Shown: positions 60,528 through 64,000 of the stretch, piece after piece
Layout: the number at the start of each line of letters is the position of its first letter
How positions within the stretch are numbered: the first letter of the stretch is position 1
Assembly: GCA_030599585.1 (NCBI GenBank)
Contig: JAUVNS010000005.1
Location: 32,001 to 96,000, forward strand
Source: Promethearchaeota archaeon
Lineage (GTDB): Archaea; Asgardarchaeota; Lokiarchaeia; Sigyniarchaeales; SOKP01
Length of the DNA: 64,000 bases
Reading direction: 5' to 3'
Notes under the pieces: model-generated
What the model was told of the DNA's origin: nothing
Database searches by the model: none
Seen by the model: only the letters and a program-made list of their open reading frames with translations
Made by a program: the position numbers and the translations under genes

Positions 60528-61496
60528 TTATAAAAGATTTAATTCTTTTTTCTTTTTCCACATTCGATCAGTTAATATTAGTACAATCATGATTCCTAAT
60601 TGAATTAAATCTGATGCAAGAGTCGAAGGTAAGAATTCATATGTTATATTTCCAATCGTATGCATTAACGCAGTAGCTAAAACGCTTCCTCCAGTACGAT
60701 TATAAAGCCAAGTAAGAATTATGGCTATTTTTATTGTGTTTAATAAAAAAATACCAAATTGAGAACCATATTGAGGTAGGTATATAGGCGCATGCCAAAA
60801 CCCCCATATTAAACCTAAAATTATACTTGCGATAAGAGGTGAAAATTTTGTTTGCAATCTTGGTAATGCAAAACCACGCCATCCAGGTTCTTCGTTAGTT
60901 CCTGCACCATAGAAAAATGTGTACATAAAAGTAATAGCTATTAATCCGATAAGTTCAAGACCAATAGGTAAGCTTATCCAGTAAACATCTTGACCTAGAG
61001 ATAATGTAAAAATAGTACCTAGTAGAAGAGAACTGGGTATCAATAGAATTGCTATGAGATACCAAACAAAGTGTCCTTTTGGCTTTATATATGATCGAAA
61101 AACCATTTTGACATCAGGGTTATTTGAAAAACCAGATGATATCACAAGTGCTGGTAATAACCCTAAAAAAATAGCTCCCACTATGATTACAATTGATAAA
61201 TCCATTGTTCTTATGTTTATGATAAACGTTAGTGTAGCTATTATCCATACTACTGTAAATATAGCCCACTTTAATTTTTTCCTACTGTCATTTTGCTGAA
61301 GACCAGTCATTCTTGAAATAATTAACGCAGTAATTGCAGGTGCGTAGATACCAATAAAAATTAAAAGTTGACTAATTACATTGAGAAATAGTAAATAAAT
61401 GAAGAAAAAGACCCATGAGATTATAAAAGTGAAAAGAAAGAAAGTAAGAAGAGGGTATTTTTTAATATAACTTATTGAATTAGCTATATCTATCAC
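60528..61496 (-). CDS. CPBP/CAAX (Abi) family intramembrane glutamic endopeptidase
   Basis: EEPGWRG, WGFWH, MH...N; multiple TM segments. Confidence 0.92.
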   Translation of the reverse strand: MIDIANSISYIKKYPLLTFFLFTFIISWVFFFIYLLFLNVISQLLIFIGIYAPAITALIISRMTGLQQNDSRKKLKWAIFTVVWIIATLTFIINIRTMDLSIVIIVGAIFLGLLPALVISSGFSNNPDVKMVFRSYIKPKGHFVWYLIAILLIPSSLLLGTIFTLSLGQDVYWISLPIGLELIGLIAITFMYTFFYGAGTNEEPGWRGFALPRLQTKFSPLIASIILGLIWGFWHAPIYLPQYGSQFGIFLLNTIKIAIILTWLYNRTGGSVLATALMHTIGNITYEFLPSTLASDLIQLGIMIVLILTDRMWKKKKELNLL

Positions 61497-61536
61497 ACTT
61501 TTAACATTTTTATTATTCTATTATAATAAATACATG

Positions 61537-62847
61537 TTATAAATGTTCTGGAACTTTTTGACCTTTTAGAAGTTCCTCGAAAGTTTCTGCCTTCCTAATC
61601 TCATAAACTGATTTATTACTAATTAAAACTTCAGCAGGTCTAGGTCTAGAATTATAATTGCTACTCATCGTAAAACCATATGCTCCTACATCGAGAATTG
61701 CAAGTACATCCTTCTCTTCTAACTTATCTAATTCTCTATTCTTGCCTAATATATCACCTGATTCACAAATTGGCCCTGTGACATCATAAGTTAATGTTGA
61801 TGTTTTACCTTTCTTATTACACGCTATAATATGATGATAAGAATTATATAACGTAGGCCTTAATAGCGTATTAAACCCAGCATCAACTCCCGCAAATAAT
61901 TTAAATCCATTGTTTTTGATAGTGTTTATTTGTGTTAAAAGTATGCTTGACTCGGCAGTTAAATACCGTCCAGGTTCAATTTTAAAAATAGGTTTGCCGA
62001 TATCCTCAGAATTTACCAATTGTTTAAAGGGCTTTATCACCACATCTTTGTAGATATCAAAATCTAAAGGTTCCTTTAATGGACGATACGGAATACCCAG
62101 ACCACCACCAAAATCTATAAAGTCAAATTCAATCTCGAGAGACTTAGCAACTTTTTTGATAATACTAATGTATTTCTCTACTGGTTTTTTGAAATCTTGA
62201 GCGTTTAACACTCCTGAACCAATATGTTGATGAATCCCAAACTTCTCAAAACCATGTTCTTTTGCTTTGCTATACGCTTCGATCGCTTGTTCTTCTAAGA
62301 TACCAAATTTAATCGTTTTTCCCGCTGTAATTGTATGAGAGTGGTGTCCAGCACCAAACTCTGGGTTTATTCTAAAGGAAATTATTGATTTTTCCCTCCC
62401 AAGGTCTTCATGAATTTTCACTAATCTTTTTAATTGACTTACGCTGTCAAGATTTATTAGAACTTTATTTTTAACTGCGAACGTAAAGTCTTCATCTGTA
62501 AACATATTTCCAGTATATATTATCTTTTCAGGAGAAATATCTGCTTTAAAACACGTATATATTTCACCCATAGATGTACAATCAAAAGACGCCCCTTCTG
62601 AATGAAGTATTTTTAAAATTGATAAGTTTGAGTTTGCTTTAACAGCATAATGTATTCTATTATTCTCGTATTCTGAATTTAGTAGATTTTTTAAAATTCT
62701 ATACCGTTCTCGTATCGTGTTTTCGTTAATCACATAAATTGGAGTACCATATTCTTTAGAAATTTCTAGTGTATTTTTACCGGCAAAATAAAGCACATCG
62801 TCGCGATACTCTAAAGCTTTCATGGTTAGCCATTCTGAATAATTCAC
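61537..62847 (-). CDS. lysA: Diaminopimelate decarboxylase
   Basis: YGTP.Y, YAVKAN, HIGS, DFGGG, EPGR, GPICESGD, GAYG..MSSNYNSRPRP. Confidence 0.96.
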   Translation of the reverse strand: MNYSEWLTMKALEYRDDVLYFAGKNTLEISKEYGTPIYVINENTIRERYRILKNLLNSEYENNRIHYAVKANSNLSILKILHSEGASFDCTSMGEIYTCFKADISPEKIIYTGNMFTDEDFTFAVKNKVLINLDSVSQLKRLVKIHEDLGREKSIISFRINPEFGAGHHSHTITAGKTIKFGILEEQAIEAYSKAKEHGFEKFGIHQHIGSGVLNAQDFKKPVEKYISIIKKVAKSLEIEFDFIDFGGGLGIPYRPLKEPLDFDIYKDVVIKPFKQLVNSEDIGKPIFKIEPGRYLTAESSILLTQINTIKNNGFKLFAGVDAGFNTLLRPTLYNSYHHIIACNKKGKTSTLTYDVTGPICESGDILGKNRELDKLEEKDVLAILDVGAYGFTMSSNYNSRPRPAEVLISNKSVYEIRKAETFEELLKGQKVPEHL

Positions 62848-62897
62848 TTTTTTTACCTCAAATTTAGCATTACAATTAACATAAATACATTATAGAA

Positions 62898-63779
62898 TCA
62901 AAATTCAATTCTATCGATAACTCCTTTAAACACTTTTACTGCGGGACCTTCCATAAATACTGTTTTGCCGTTATAAGTGATTTTCAAGTCACCTCCGTCG
63001 TTATGTACAGTTACCGGAGTGTTTAGATCAAATAATCCTAAAATAGTTCCCGCTACCACAGCAGCACAAGTACCAGTTCCGCAAGAATTCGTTACTCCTA
63101 CACCTCTTTCAAACACTCTTAGAACTGCCTCTTCTTTGGATATCACTTTTACAAATTCCACATTAGTTTTTTTAGGAAATATCTTATTAGATTCAATTGC
63201 AACTCCATATTTCTTTAAATTCTCATCGTTTATGACATTTTGGGTAAAAATAATCGCGTGAGGATTGCCCATTGACACCGCAGTGAATTTGAAAATTTTA
63301 TCTAATACCACAATGGATTCATTTACACAGCGATTAACAAGGCTATCCAAATTCACTGGAATGTTATCACAATCCAAAATCGGGGGGCCCATATCAATAT
63401 TTACTGTTTCAACTTTATTATTCACTACTTTAAGTTTCGCAACAACGATACCTTTTAGCGTTTCAATTTCAATCTCTTCTTTCGGATAGATACCATTTTC
63501 ATAAATATATTTTGCAAAACACCGTACTCCATTTCCACACATTTCTGCTTGAGAGCCATCAGGATTAAACATCTTAATCCTCACTTCGGTTGATTTTGGA
63601 TGACAGACAAATAAAACTCCATCTGCGCCGATTGAGAAGTGGTGTTTACATAATTTTATAGCTAAATCAGCTTTTTTATCGTCCGGAATACCCCACTTAA
63701 GATTATTTATTAATATATAATCGTTGCCTAAGCCATGGTGCTTCTCAAAATCCAAATTTTCTAATAAAATCTTGCCCAT
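62898..63779 (-). CDS. dapF: Diaminopimelate epimerase
   Basis: HGLGND, GADG, EMCGNG.RC, GNPH, NVEF, ERGVG.T.SCGTG. Confidence 0.96.
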   Translation of the reverse strand: MGKILLENLDFEKHHGLGNDYILINNLKWGIPDDKKADLAIKLCKHHFSIGADGVLFVCHPKSTEVRIKMFNPDGSQAEMCGNGVRCFAKYIYENGIYPKEEIEIETLKGIVVAKLKVVNNKVETVNIDMGPPILDCDNIPVNLDSLVNRCVNESIVVLDKIFKFTAVSMGNPHAIIFTQNVINDENLKKYGVAIESNKIFPKKTNVEFVKVISKEEAVLRVFERGVGVTNSCGTGTCAAVVAGTILGLFDLNTPVTVHNDGGDLKITYNGKTVFMEGPAVKVFKGVIDRIEF

Positions 63780-64000
63780 TTTATCGACACTTGCTAAAAT
63801 TTCTATTTATTATATGTTATTATTTGTTCTTATACATTAATTGTCCCCTTATTGAAAAAAATTACGATTTCAAATTGAAGATAACATAAATTTGCTATAA
63901 TATTAATTCCTATTTTCATTCTTGTAAGCAATTAAAAGGTTAAACCTAACAATTCAATAAAGCTTAATTTAGGTTCAACATTATATCAAAATTAAAATTA

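Overview
AT-rich archaeal chromosomal segment with dense housekeeping content. It is most likely from an Asgard archaeon of the Lokiarchaeia type; this is an inference from archaeal information genes plus a Rag-like GTPase, two more small GTPases, a eukaryote-like PPP phosphatase and an SDS22-like LRR protein. Information processing and proteostasis: Rio2, Sm/Lsm, Clp1/Nol9 kinase, rpo3-L18e-L13-S9, TrmI, TrpRS, tRNA-Pro(UGG), thermosome, and an Hsp20-Cdc48-ArsR-peptidase cluster. Metabolism: aroC/aroA, glyA, PEPCK, dapA/dapB/lysA/dapF, and several C1/redox genes. There are two orphan N6-adenine DNA methyltransferases and no visible CRISPR array or transposase. Best leads: (1) an unannotated box C/D guide sRNA at about 60393-60460 (-), whose D guide appears to target the SSU rRNA G equivalent to eukaryotic Gm1428/Gm1490; (2) a truncated-HdrA/GltD-like/ferredoxin/MvhD fusion in an operon with metV-metF; (3) a Cdc48 with a 54-bp tandem-repeat coiled-coil insertion, in a cluster whose promoter carries a triple TGTCAAT palindromic operator; (4) a polyferredoxin that needs a non-canonical (probably ATT) start codon; (5) a stand-alone circularly permuted ATP-grasp ligase. 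All family assignments come from motif recognition by eye; no searches were run.
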